This document shows, piece by piece, positions 29,369-38,895 of a DNA stretch of 64,000 bases. Numbering within the stretch: position 1 is the first letter of the stretch; the number at the start of each line of letters is the position of its first letter. Made by a program: the position numbers and the translations under genes. The notes under the pieces are model-generated. The model ran no database searches and was not told the DNA's origin. It was given only the letters and a program-made list of their open reading frames with translations. Origin of the DNA: an uncultured Candidatus Rokubacteria bacterium (GTDB taxonomy: Bacteria > Methylomirabilota > Methylomirabilia > Rokubacteriales > DASRDR01); assembly GCA_963805625.1 (NCBI GenBank), contig CAWDVE010000010.1, positions 800,001 through 864,000 of the forward strand. Direction: 5' to 3'.

Positions 29369-30910
29369 ATGAAGCGCGTTAGTGCCTCCCCCGAGAACTT
29401 GTCCAACGTGGCCCGACGCCAGGTCCTGATCGGCGCGGGCGCCGCCCTCGCCGCCGCCACCGCCTGGCCCGGCCCGGCGGCCGCCCAGGCTCGAAAGGGT
29501 GAGATCATCGCCGGCCTCTCCGAGCGCATGCTCACGCTCGACCCGGCGAACCACTACTCGATCTCCGCAACCTCGGTCCTCCGCCACATCTATGATCCAC
29601 TGGTCGAGGTGACGAACGACTCGAAGTTCGTCTCCTGCCTCGCGGAGTCGTGGACGCCCGTGAACAACACGACGTGGCGATTCAACCTGCGGAAGGGTGT
29701 CAAGTTCCACGACGGCACGCCGTTCACCGCGGACAGCGTCATCTACTCGCTCAAGCGCGTCCGTGACAACACGAAGCTGATCAAGGCGTTCGTGTACCAG
29801 GACATCGAAGACGTCCGGAAGGACGGCGACTTCACCGTCATCGTGTCGACCAAGAAGCCCTTCGGCTCGCTGCCCGCTCACCTCACGATGCTGGGGATCC
29901 TCCCGCACACGGCTGCCGCGAACGAGGACGCCTTCTTCCAGAAGCCGGTGGGAACCGGTCCGTTCAAGTTCGGAGGCTGGACACACGGCGAGCAAATCGT
30001 CCTCACCGCCAACGCCGATTACTGGAAGCCCGGAATTCCCAAGGTCGAGAAGGTGACGTTCCGATTCATCCCGGAGCTCTCGACCCGCGTCGCCGCCATG
30101 CGGGCCGGCGAGCTTCACGTCATCGACCGCGTATGGCCGGACAACGTGCAGACGCTCCGCTCGACTCCCGGCGTCCGGGTCCTCGACACGCCCGCCATCG
30201 AGGCGCAGCGGTGGATCTTCCAGCTCGCCAGGGACCCGGTCAAGGATCCCCGCGTCCGGCGGGCGATCTCGCTGGCCATCGACCGGAACGTCATCATCAA
30301 GGACCTCTTGCTCGGGTATGCGCGCCCGGTGGACAGCCCCATTCCCCCGGGGCTCATCGGTCACACGAGCCTCGCCCCGAAGGCCTACGACCCCGAGAAG
30401 GCCCGCCAGATCCTGAAGGAGGCGGGGTACAAGAACCTCTCGATCGATTTCGTCCTGATGAAGGACCTCTATCCCAAGCAGCTCGAGATCGTCCAGGCGG
30501 TGGCCGCCATGCTCGGGGACGTCGGGATCACCGTGAACATCAAGAACCTTGAGATCGCCACGGCTCGCGAAGCGAGGTCCGCGGGGAACTACGACATGTT
30601 CTTCTCGGGCTGGGCGCACATGCCGCACGACCCCGACTGGTACCTCGGTCAGTGGTTCACCAAGATGGGGGCCGAGAAGCTCACGCGGTACGACAACCCG
30701 AAGGTGGAGCAGCTCATCGCCGAGGGCCGCATGCCGGATCCCAAGATCCGCCAGCAGAAGTACGAGGAGATCGAGAAGGCCCTCTGGGAAGACGAGCCGG
30801 AAATCTGGCCGTACTACAGCGTCGCGATCTACGCGGTGAGCGACAAGCTCCAGAACTACCAGGCGCGCCGCGACTACTACGTCCTGCTCTACGACGTCAG
30901 CATCCGGTAG
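29369..30910 (+). CDS. Family-5 ABC substrate-binding protein (Tat-like signal)
   Basis: ARRQVLIG signal; LRKGVKFHDGTPFTA, PVGTGPFK, DPRVRRAISLAIDR; SD GAGGAG. Confidence 0.9.
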   Translation: MKRVSASPENLSNVARRQVLIGAGAALAAATAWPGPAAAQARKGEIIAGLSERMLTLDPANHYSISATSVLRHIYDPLVEVTNDSKFVSCLAESWTPVNNTTWRFNLRKGVKFHDGTPFTADSVIYSLKRVRDNTKLIKAFVYQDIEDVRKDGDFTVIVSTKKPFGSLPAHLTMLGILPHTAAANEDAFFQKPVGTGPFKFGGWTHGEQIVLTANADYWKPGIPKVEKVTFRFIPELSTRVAAMRAGELHVIDRVWPDNVQTLRSTPGVRVLDTPAIEAQRWIFQLARDPVKDPRVRRAISLAIDRNVIIKDLLLGYARPVDSPIPPGLIGHTSLAPKAYDPEKARQILKEAGYKNLSIDFVLMKDLYPKQLEIVQAVAAMLGDVGITVNIKNLEIATAREARSAGNYDMFFSGWAHMPHDPDWYLGQWFTKMGAEKLTRYDNPKVEQLIAEGRMPDPKIRQQKYEEIEKALWEDEPEIWPYYSVAIYAVSDKLQNYQARRDYYVLLYDVSIR

Positions 30911-30927
30911 TCCGACTCTCGCCGTGC

Positions 30928-30975
30928 CCGCCGGCCGGCCCGGCCCTCCGAGCGTATCCGGAGGCCGGCCGGCGG
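30928..30975 (+). other. 13-bp GC stem-loop after the SBP gene
   Basis: CCGCCGGCCGGCC...GGCCGGCCGGCGG. Confidence 0.55.
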
Positions 30976-31027
30976 CGAGGCAGGCGGCGGGGAGCGCGCG
31001 CCAGTCCCCGCCCCTCCCCACACGCTG

Positions 31028-31948
31028 ATGCAGGCCTATCTCCTCCGGAGAACCGCGCAGTCGATCCTCACCCTCATCGGCATGTCCGTCCTGGTCTTCG
31101 TGATCCTCCGGGTGCTACCCGGCGATCCCGCGAAGATGCTCCTCCCCGAGGGCGCCCCTCAGTCGGCCGTGGACGACCTGAACCGCCACCTCGGACTCAA
31201 GGAGCCCCTCTACGTCCAGTACGGGATCTTCCTCCGGAGCGTCTTCCAGGGCGACTTCGGCCAGTCCTTCCAGTACCGCGCCCCCGCCCTGCTGGTCGTC
31301 AGGGAGCGGCTGCCTGCAACGCTCCAGTTGACCTTCTACGCCATGATGCTGACGGTGATCTCCGGGGTCACGATCGGGATCGTCGCCGCCGTCCGGCGTG
31401 GCACCCGCTACGACTACGCGGGCACGCTCCTGGCCGTGCTGGGGCAGTCGCTGCCGAACTTCTGGCTCGGCATCATGCTGGTCCTGCTGTTCGGAGTGAC
31501 GCTCCGCTGGCTGCCCACCTCGGGGTTCCAGAACTGGACCTATCTCATCCTGCCGAGCATCACGCTCGCCGCGTACCCGACCGCGCTGGTGGCCCGGCTG
31601 ACGCGCTCCAGCATGCTCGAGATCCTGAACCGCGACTACATCCGGACCGGACGAGCCAAGGGCCTGGCCGAGCGGGCCGTGGTCCTCCGCCACGCGTTGC
31701 GCAACGCCACCATCCCCGTGCTGACTGTGATCGGGCTCCAGATCGGGACGCTGCTGGGCGGCGCGGTCATCACCGAGTCCGTGTTCGCCTGGCCGGGGAT
31801 GGGGAAGCTCGTCGTCGACGCGATCTACTTCCGGGACTTCCCCGTCGTGCAGACCGTCCTCATCATCTCCGCGACGATCTTCGTCCTGATCAACCTGCTC
31901 GTCGACGCGCTCTACACGGTCGTCGACCCGCGCATCCGCTACCGCTGA
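31028..31948 (+). CDS. Dpp/Opp ABC permease (DppB-like)
   Basis: LPGDPA, GDFGQS, DYIRTGRAKGL, VDPRIR. Confidence 0.9.
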   Translation: MQAYLLRRTAQSILTLIGMSVLVFVILRVLPGDPAKMLLPEGAPQSAVDDLNRHLGLKEPLYVQYGIFLRSVFQGDFGQSFQYRAPALLVVRERLPATLQLTFYAMMLTVISGVTIGIVAAVRRGTRYDYAGTLLAVLGQSLPNFWLGIMLVLLFGVTLRWLPTSGFQNWTYLILPSITLAAYPTALVARLTRSSMLEILNRDYIRTGRAKGLAERAVVLRHALRNATIPVLTVIGLQIGTLLGGAVITESVFAWPGMGKLVVDAIYFRDFPVVQTVLIISATIFVLINLLVDALYTVVDPRIRYR

Positions 31949-31955
31949 GCCGCGC

Positions 31956-32792
31956 ATGCTCGCCTTCGCCCGCCGAAACCCGCTGATCCTGGTCGGGGGC
32001 GTGATCCTGTTCGTCGTCGTCCTGGCGAGCGTCTGCGCGCCGTTCCTGACGCCCTCGGACCCCGTACGCCCGAGCTTCGGCCAGCGTCTGAAGGCACCGT
32101 GGGGGCTCGGCGGCACCTCCGCCCGCCCGCTCGGCGCCGACAATCTCGGGCGCGACATCTACGCCCGGCTCCTCTACGGCGGGCGGATGTCCCTCGTACT
32201 GGCAACGAGCGCGGTCGTCCTGGCGACGGGCGTCGGGGTGCTCGTCGGGCTCCTGGCGGGATACCTGGGAGGCCGCCTCGACGATCTCGTGATGCGCCTC
32301 GCCGACGTCCAGCTCACCTTTCCCGTCATCATGCTGGCGATCGCCATCGTGGCCGTCGTCGGGACGAGCCCGTTCGCCCTGGTCGGCGTCCTGGCCCTGT
32401 CCGGATGGGTTCTCCACGCCCGAACCGTGCGCGCGAACGTGCTCACCATCCGCCACCTCGAGTACGTGGACGCGGCGTGGGCGCTCGGGGCGAGCCAGCT
32501 CCGCGTCGTGTTCCGCCACGTGCTGCCGAACACCCTCGCGCCGATCCTCGTCATCGCGTCGAGCCAGTTCGCGACGATGGTGCTGCTGGAGTCCGGCCTG
32601 TCGTTCCTCGGCATGGGGGTCCAACCGCCCCAGCCCTCCTGGGGCGGCATGCTCGCCGAGGGCCGAGACTATCTGTCGAACGCGTGGTGGCTCGCGACGG
32701 TCCCGGGCGTCGCGATCTCCCTCGTCGTCCTGGGTGCGAACCTGCTCGGCGACGGGCTCCGCGACCTCCTCGACCCACACCTCCAGGCCTGA
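31956..32792 (+). CDS. Dpp/Opp ABC permease (DppC-like)
   Basis: LGADNLGRD, ESGLSFLG, SWGGML, GDGLRDLLDP. Confidence 0.9.
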   Translation: MLAFARRNPLILVGGVILFVVVLASVCAPFLTPSDPVRPSFGQRLKAPWGLGGTSARPLGADNLGRDIYARLLYGGRMSLVLATSAVVLATGVGVLVGLLAGYLGGRLDDLVMRLADVQLTFPVIMLAIAIVAVVGTSPFALVGVLALSGWVLHARTVRANVLTIRHLEYVDAAWALGASQLRVVFRHVLPNTLAPILVIASSQFATMVLLESGLSFLGMGVQPPQPSWGGMLAEGRDYLSNAWWLATVPGVAISLVVLGANLLGDGLRDLLDPHLQA

Positions 32793-32975
32793 GGAGCCCG
32801 CCGCACCTCGCCCTCGGCCAGGACGGCCAGGGGGATCGCCGGTCCGCTCCGGGTATCCGATACGTGACCGGTCCTGCATCAGGATCATGCCCGCCGATTC
32901 CGGCTGACGGACGGCCTCCTCGGGCTATCATGGGGTAGTTCCGCCGCGAGCGGAGACTTCGCGAGACACTCGCAC

Positions 32976-34322
32976 GTGCGCGCTCTCAAGATCCTGGCTG
33001 TCATTCTCGTCGGGGCCGTCGCCCTGCTGGGCGGCGCCCTCTTCGTGCTCGCCCGCTACCTCGATTCGGAGGCGTTCCGCCGAGCGGCGATCGCCGCCGC
33101 CCAGGAGACTCTGGGCGCCTCCGTGACCGTGGGCGAGCTGCACGTCTCGCTTTTCTCGGGCGCCACCTTCCGCCAGGTCGTCGTGGGCAATCCCCCGGGC
33201 CTTCCAGGCGAGCTGCTGCGGGCCGAGGCCTTGGTCGTGCGCCCGCGGTTCCTGCCGCTCCTCCGACGGCGGCTCGAGATCGCGGAGGTACGCCTCGATG
33301 CTCCGACCGTCACCCTGGCCCGGAACGAGCACGGCGAGTGGAGCTTCGAGCGCCTGGTGTCCAGACCCCTAGCTTCACCTTCCACCGGGGGCTCGGCGGG
33401 CGGCGCGGAGGCGCCGGTGCCTGTCCCCGTCCCTCCCACCCTCGACGTCGTCGTGCCGCGCCTGGCGGTCAACCGGGGCACGCTCGTGGTCGCACGCGAG
33501 CGGAAGGGACCGCTCGTGGGGGCGAGTGGCATCGAGGTGACCACGTCGCTCTCTCGGGTCGGCGGCGCCCTGGCCGGTCAGGGACAGCTCACGGTCGCGT
33601 TGCTCCGACTCGCGGAGCGCGTCGAGGTCCGGGAGCTCACCGCCCCGCTCCAGTTCAGCGGCGGCGACCTCACCCTCGCGCCGCTCCGTGGTCAGCTCGC
33701 GGAGGGGACGCTGGGGGGCCAGGCCACCGTCCGTCTGACAGGGCCGACGCGCTATGCGATCTCGGTAGATCTCCGCAACGCCCGCACGGAGAGCCTCCTG
33801 GCCACTCTCGGCGGCCGGAGCCTGAGCGGCCGGCTCGAGGCACAGGCGAGCCTCACCGGCACCCCCGAGGGAACCACCGGGCACGGCCACGCGGAGATCC
33901 GAGACGGCCGGCTCCACGGCTTCCCGGTGCTCGGCGCCGTCGCCGCCGCGCTGGACCTGCCCCTCCTGCGCGATCTCCGGTTCCAGGAAGGCGCCATCGA
34001 CTTCGTGCTGGCCGGTGACGTGCTCCGGACGCCCGTGGTCCGCTTCGTCTCGGGTGACGTCAGGATCCTCGGCAAGGGCGAGATCCTGCTCCGGACCGGC
34101 GAGCTCGCCCACGAGTTCACGCTGCTGGTGCCCCCTGCCGCCGTGCGCCGCGCGCCGCGCGAGATGCGGGCGGCATTCACCCAGCGCGCCGACGGTCTCG
34201 CGGGCGTCGACTTCCGGGTCTGGGGACCCTACCGCTCGCTTCGAACCGACCTGCAGGATCGCGTCCTGAGCGGGTTCGCGGAGTCCCTCCTGCGGAAGGG
34301 GCTCAAGCAGTTCCTGCGCTAG
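32976..34322 (+). CDS. AsmA-family protein
   Basis: N-terminal TM anchor, LLRRRLEIAEVRLDAP.V.L.R...GEWSF motif, beta-rich body. Confidence 0.75.
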   Translation: MRALKILAVILVGAVALLGGALFVLARYLDSEAFRRAAIAAAQETLGASVTVGELHVSLFSGATFRQVVVGNPPGLPGELLRAEALVVRPRFLPLLRRRLEIAEVRLDAPTVTLARNEHGEWSFERLVSRPLASPSTGGSAGGAEAPVPVPVPPTLDVVVPRLAVNRGTLVVARERKGPLVGASGIEVTTSLSRVGGALAGQGQLTVALLRLAERVEVRELTAPLQFSGGDLTLAPLRGQLAEGTLGGQATVRLTGPTRYAISVDLRNARTESLLATLGGRSLSGRLEAQASLTGTPEGTTGHGHAEIRDGRLHGFPVLGAVAAALDLPLLRDLRFQEGAIDFVLAGDVLRTPVVRFVSGDVRILGKGEILLRTGELAHEFTLLVPPAAVRRAPREMRAAFTQRADGLAGVDFRVWGPYRSLRTDLQDRVLSGFAESLLRKGLKQFLR

Positions 34323-34413
34323 CAGCGCCCGCGCGAGTGCCAGGCGCCGCGCGTGACGCGAATCGGCGCGGCGATTGTCCCGGTACGACCGCTCGGCTAT
34401 ATTGGCCTCCATC

Positions 34414-34800
34414 ATGACGCGGCAGCGCGTGTTCTGCGGATGGTGGGTCACCATCGCCTTCGCCGTCATGGTGTTCCTGTCGACCGGCGTGCGCTTCGCG
34501 GTCGGTCCGTTCCTGAAGCCCATCGTCACGGATCTCGGAACCGACCGCGCCACCTACTCGCTGATCGTCTCGCTGAGCCTCGTCCTCTACGGGGCGTTCA
34601 TGCCGTTCGTGGGCCGGCTTGTCGAACGCTGGGGCGCCCGCCCGGTCGCCGTGCTGGGGATCCTCGAGCTGACCGGCGGTTACGGTGCTGCGTTCGCGAT
34701 CGCGAGCGTCCAGCTCCTGATCGCCGCAGTCGTCAGCCTCACCATCAACGAAGCGGCGTGCGGCGTTGCCCGGCTCCGGGCAGCCGCCGCGGAGCGATAG
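34414..34800 (+). pseudogene. MFS transporter with a large in-frame internal deletion (TM1-3 joined to TM12)
   Basis: GWWV...GPFLKP...GRLVERWGARPV (motif A) joined directly to ILELTGGYGAAF (typical C-terminus); only 128 aa. Confidence 0.7.
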
Positions 34801-34815
34801 GTCGGCGCGGCCGCC

Positions 34816-35109
34816 ATGGGCTTCGAGGTCGTCGTTCCCCGAGCTTCGTCCGTGGAGCTCGGAGCCCTTCTCGACCGGCTCGCCACCGCCGGGTTGCCCA
34901 GCACCCTGGCCATGGTCGACAACGTGCTCCAAGGCCCGGGCGCGACCCCTCCCGCCGTCTGGCGCGACGCCCGGCTCCGGACGCCCGCCGGCGTGGTGAC
35001 GCTCCGCCGGGTTCCGAGCGGCGTCGCCGTCGTGGTGTTCGGCAACGCGGACGAGCCGCTCCGCGCGGCCCAGCGCACGATCGCCGAGACACTCCTCGCC
35101 CTCCATTGA
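34816..35109 (+). CDS. Hypothetical protein (97 aa)
   Basis: High-GC3 codon usage, operonic spacing; no recognisable family. Confidence 0.6.
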   Translation: MGFEVVVPRASSVELGALLDRLATAGLPSTLAMVDNVLQGPGATPPAVWRDARLRTPAGVVTLRRVPSGVAVVVFGNADEPLRAAQRTIAETLLALH

Positions 35110-35140
35110 ATCCGGCCACTCCTCGCCCGCAGGTCCGCCA

Positions 35141-35451
35141 GTGACAGCCGTCGACCCGGCCGCCACCTTCACCGTCGACCTCGACGCGCTCGGCGCCGTC
35201 GGCTCGGGTGTCCTGGAGGACGGGACCCGGAGCACATCGATGCCGTCGAGCGCGCGTTTCTCCGTAACGAGATGGCTCACCCGTACCTGGACGCGATCAG
35301 GAGCCGCCGCCTGAAGAATCTCTCGAGCCTCGCCTTCGGCGGTCCAGACCTCCGCACCGCATACCTCGGCTGCCTGCTCGGGGACAGCCTGGCGACTTTC
35401 CGGGCACCGGTGGCCGGACTGCCTCCCTCGCACTGGCACCTCGCGACGTGA
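35141..35451 (+). pseudogene. SMP-30/gluconolactonase-like remnant (N-terminus joined to C-terminus, 1-nt frameshift)
   Basis: FTVDLDALGAVGSG|VLEDG-(shift)-DPEHIDAVE...SSLAFGGPDLRTAYLGCL...APVAG. Confidence 0.65.
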
Positions 35452-35456
35452 CGCCC

Positions 35457-36641
35457 ATGAGGATCACGGACGTCGAGGTCTACGTCGTCGATCCGACGCA
35501 GGGAGCCTCCACGTACAACGACGAGCCGCAGAACGTCTGGACCTTTGTCCGCGTCGTCACCGACGCCGGCGTCCACGGCTGGGGCGAGTCGACCAACTTC
35601 CCTGCCAACGGGAGCCTCATCATCGCCGACGCCATCCGCCACCTTAGGCCCTGGATGGTCGGGCAGGACCCGGCCGACATCACGGCGATGTGGCACCGGC
35701 TCTTCCGCAAGGCGACGTACCTCGGCCCGCGCGGCCTGCCCACCGCGGTGGTGAGCGGGATCGACATCGCGCTCTGGGACATCAAGGGCAAGGTCACCGG
35801 CCGGCCGGTGTACGACCTCCTCGGCGGCAAGGTACGCGACGACGTGCCGCTCTACGCGAACGGCTGGTTCGCCGCCCTGGACGGCCACCCCGCCTGCGCG
35901 ACACCGGCGGAATACGCGGCCGCCGCCCGGCGTGTCGTGGCCCAGGGACACGCCGCGATCAAGCTCGACCCGTTCCACGAGATGATCCCGTACCACACGG
36001 GCTACCTCGCGGGGCAGATCACCACCGCCGGCGAGGAGTTCGGCGTGGCGTGCGTGGCCGCGATTCGCGAGGCGGTCGGTCCCGGGGTCGAGATCCTGAT
36101 CGACGCGCACGGCCACTACAACGTGCCGACCGCCGTCCGGCTCGCCCGGCGACTCGAGCCCTACCGCATTGGCTGGTTCGAGGAGCCCACGCCGCCCGAG
36201 AGCCTGGAGGCGCTCCGCGCCGTGCGAGAGCAGGTCTCGGTGCCGATCTGCGTGGGCGAGCGCCTCTACACTCGGTGGGACTTCCTGCCGGTGCTCGCCG
36301 GACGGCTCGCGGACTACTTGATGCCCGACGTCGTCTGGACAGGCGGGATCAGCGAGATGATGCGCATCGCCGCGCTGGCCGAGACGTACCAGGTGCCGGT
36401 GACACCCCACAACGCGATGGGCCCGCTCCAGGTGGTCGCCGGCGCCCACGCGATGCTCGCGGTACCGAACTTCTACCGGCTCGAGCACAACGTGGCGAAC
36501 GTGCCCTGGTACAACCGCTGCCTCGACCGTCCGCTCGACCTTCGCGGCGACCGGCTCCACCTGTCACAGCGGCCCGGGCTGGGTGTCGAGCTCGACGCGG
36601 CGTTCCTCCAGGGCCATCGCGCCCGCGGCTGGCCGGGGTAG
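35457..36641 (+). CDS. Mandelate racemase/galactonate dehydratase-like enolase-superfamily enzyme
   Basis: GIDIALWDIKGK, YANGW, KLD, IDAHG, WFEEP, GERL, PHN. Confidence 0.9.
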   Translation: MRITDVEVYVVDPTQGASTYNDEPQNVWTFVRVVTDAGVHGWGESTNFPANGSLIIADAIRHLRPWMVGQDPADITAMWHRLFRKATYLGPRGLPTAVVSGIDIALWDIKGKVTGRPVYDLLGGKVRDDVPLYANGWFAALDGHPACATPAEYAAAARRVVAQGHAAIKLDPFHEMIPYHTGYLAGQITTAGEEFGVACVAAIREAVGPGVEILIDAHGHYNVPTAVRLARRLEPYRIGWFEEPTPPESLEALRAVREQVSVPICVGERLYTRWDFLPVLAGRLADYLMPDVVWTGGISEMMRIAALAETYQVPVTPHNAMGPLQVVAGAHAMLAVPNFYRLEHNVANVPWYNRCLDRPLDLRGDRLHLSQRPGLGVELDAAFLQGHRARGWPG

Positions 36642-36706
36642 CCGAGCCGGGGACCGCCGATGCAGATCCGAGCCAGCCGTCGTGGACGGAGAAGGGGATC
36701 CCGGCC

Positions 36707-37522
36707 GTGATCGCCGACCGGGGTTATGTGCACGGCTACTCGGACCGCGAGAAGGACCGGCTCATCGATCAGGCCACCACCCTGACGGAGCTCCTGCACT
36801 CGGACACGTATTACCCGCCGGGCCACATGGTGCTCGAGGCTGGATGCGGCGTCGGAGCCCAGAGCGTCGCACTGGCCAGCCGAAGTCCCGACGCCCTGAT
36901 CGTGTCCGTCGACATCTCCGCTGATTCATTGTCTGCCGCGGAGGAGCGGGTGCGGGCCGCCGGGATCCACAACATCACATTCCAGCAGGCGGACATATAC
37001 GCGCTGCCCTTCTCCCCCGCGAGCTTCGACCACGTATTCGTCTGCTTCGTGCTTGAGCATCTCGCATCGCCAGGCCAGGCGCTTGCGTGCCTCAAGAGCG
37101 TCCTCAAGCGTGGCGGTACCCTCACGGTCATAGAAGGCGACCACGGCTCGACGTACTTCCATCCGGAGAGCCCCTACGCGCGGAAGGCCATCCAGTGCCT
37201 TATCGACCTGCAGGCACACGCCGGGGGCAACTCGCTGATCGGGCGGTCCTTGTACCCGCTCCTCATGCATGCCGGCTTCGAGGGCGTGACGGTGTCCCCA
37301 CGCATGGTCTACGCGGATGCCAGTCGACCGCAGATGGTCGATGGCTTCACGAAGAAGACGTTCACGGCGATGGTCGAGGCCGTCCGCGAGCGCGCGCTGG
37401 CCGCCAAGCTGATCGACGAGCACACCTGGACGCTGGGGATCCGCGACCTGTACCGGACCTCGGAGCCCGACGGCACGTTCTGCTATACGTTCTTCAAGGC
37501 CGTGGCACGACGGCCGGACTAG
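36707..37522 (+). CDS. Class I SAM-dependent methyltransferase
   Basis: YVHGY, VLEAGCGVG, FDHVFVCFVLEH, EGDHGS, FCYTFFKA. Confidence 0.88.
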   Translation: MIADRGYVHGYSDREKDRLIDQATTLTELLHSDTYYPPGHMVLEAGCGVGAQSVALASRSPDALIVSVDISADSLSAAEERVRAAGIHNITFQQADIYALPFSPASFDHVFVCFVLEHLASPGQALACLKSVLKRGGTLTVIEGDHGSTYFHPESPYARKAIQCLIDLQAHAGGNSLIGRSLYPLLMHAGFEGVTVSPRMVYADASRPQMVDGFTKKTFTAMVEAVRERALAAKLIDEHTWTLGIRDLYRTSEPDGTFCYTFFKAVARRPD

Positions 37523-37820
37523 CCGTTCGAGCGACGGCGGCAGGGACCTGATGAAGTACGCCGTCCTCGATGACTTCCGCTGGAACGGGCGATAGGACCG
37601 ATTGGGTGGTGACCCTTCGTCGGCTGTCGACCGCAGGCCTCCTACTTCTCTGGGGATTCCTTGGCGTTGGTGCAGCTCACGCCCAAGAAGGCGCGGCCCT
37701 CGAGCCACACGATTCCGCCTGGTAGCGACCTCGCGGTGACCGTCGAGCTCCAGAAGTGGCGCCCTCGTGGGAGAGCTGGCGGGCAGGCGACTATCGCGTG
37801 GTTCTGGAGCTCCGCAAAGC

Positions 37821-38879
37821 CTAGCCTGCCCCCGCGGGAAGCTGCACGTCCCGACCGCTTGCGCTCGCCCGTTGGGCCGCCTCCAGAACCTCCTGGACAT
37901 CCCGCCCCACGTCGGGGGCGCAGAGGCCCTCGACGGCGCGGCCGGCTCGGAGACACGTCAAGAAATACGTCGGTCCGTCGCGCTCGGCGCTCGGGAGGGG
38001 CGGCGGCTGGAGGATCTCGCTCCCGGTGGCGAAGACGACCTGCACCCGCCCCGGTCCGACCGCCTGGCCTTCGCGGGTCGCCCGTGGCTGGTGGACGATG
38101 AGCGTCCCGGCATCGCCGTAGACGACCATCCCGAGGGCCGGCTCGTCGCCGATCTGGGTCCAGCTCGCCTCGAGGAGGGCAACCGCCCGCGAATAGCGCA
38201 GGACGACCACCGCGGTGTCCTCGGCCCGGAGGCCCGGCTTCCGGAGCCGCGCTGTCACCGCCGTCACTGCGCGGGGTCGCCCGAGAAGGACGCGAGCGAG
38301 CACGGCGCCATAGCCGCAGTAGTCCACAAGGGCGCCACCGCCGTTCCGGGCTGGGTCGTAGAGCCACGCCGAGAACTCCGGCGAGCAGCCGAACTCCCGC
38401 GGACCGGCGTGCCCTCCCCGGTGACTGAGCTGCACGGGCTCCCCCACACGCCCCGCCAGCGCGAGGGAGAGCCCGTGGCGAAGGGCAGGCCGCCAGGCCG
38501 TCGGCCAGTTGACCATGAGGGGCAGCCCGCTGGCACGCGCGGCGGCGAGCAGGGCCTCCGCGCCCGCCAGATCCGCGGCCATGGGCTTCTCGACTAGCAC
38601 CGGGAGGCCACGCCCAAGCGCCCGCACTCCGAGCTCGGCGGCGGAACGGTTATCGGCAAAGATCAGGACCGCGTCCAGATCGGAGCGCTCGAGGAGCGCG
38701 TCGTAGGTGGGATGAAGGGCCACGCCCGCGTGCTCGCGGCCCAGATGGTCCCGGAGCCTTGGCGACGGCTCGGCGACCGCGACCAGCTGGCCGAGCCCGC
38801 CGGTGGCGACCGCGGCAAGGTTGCGCCAGACGTGGTCGTGGCTCAGTCCGAGGACGCCGACCCGAAACCGCGCGGTCAT
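37821..38879 (-). CDS. Gfo/Idh/MocA-family oxidoreductase
   Basis: VEKPMA, GGGALVDYCGY, EDTA. Confidence 0.9.
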   Translation of the reverse strand: MTARFRVGVLGLSHDHVWRNLAAVATGGLGQLVAVAEPSPRLRDHLGREHAGVALHPTYDALLERSDLDAVLIFADNRSAAELGVRALGRGLPVLVEKPMAADLAGAEALLAAARASGLPLMVNWPTAWRPALRHGLSLALAGRVGEPVQLSHRGGHAGPREFGCSPEFSAWLYDPARNGGGALVDYCGYGAVLARVLLGRPRAVTAVTARLRKPGLRAEDTAVVVLRYSRAVALLEASWTQIGDEPALGMVVYGDAGTLIVHQPRATREGQAVGPGRVQVVFATGSEILQPPPLPSAERDGPTYFLTCLRAGRAVEGLCAPDVGRDVQEVLEAAQRASASGRDVQLPAGAG

Positions 38880-38895
38880 GCGACACCCCCGGCCG

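Noticed and set aside
27890-31021. 1043-aa minus-strand ORF and similar long antisense ORFs (3006-4964, 13338-15356, 61681-63831)
   Set aside because: High-GC shadow frames of well-supported genes; no motifs
37523-37820. Mini-ORF MKYAVLDDFRWNGR and a minus-strand tail between convergent genes
   Set aside because: No SD or recognisable family; cannot be distinguished from chance
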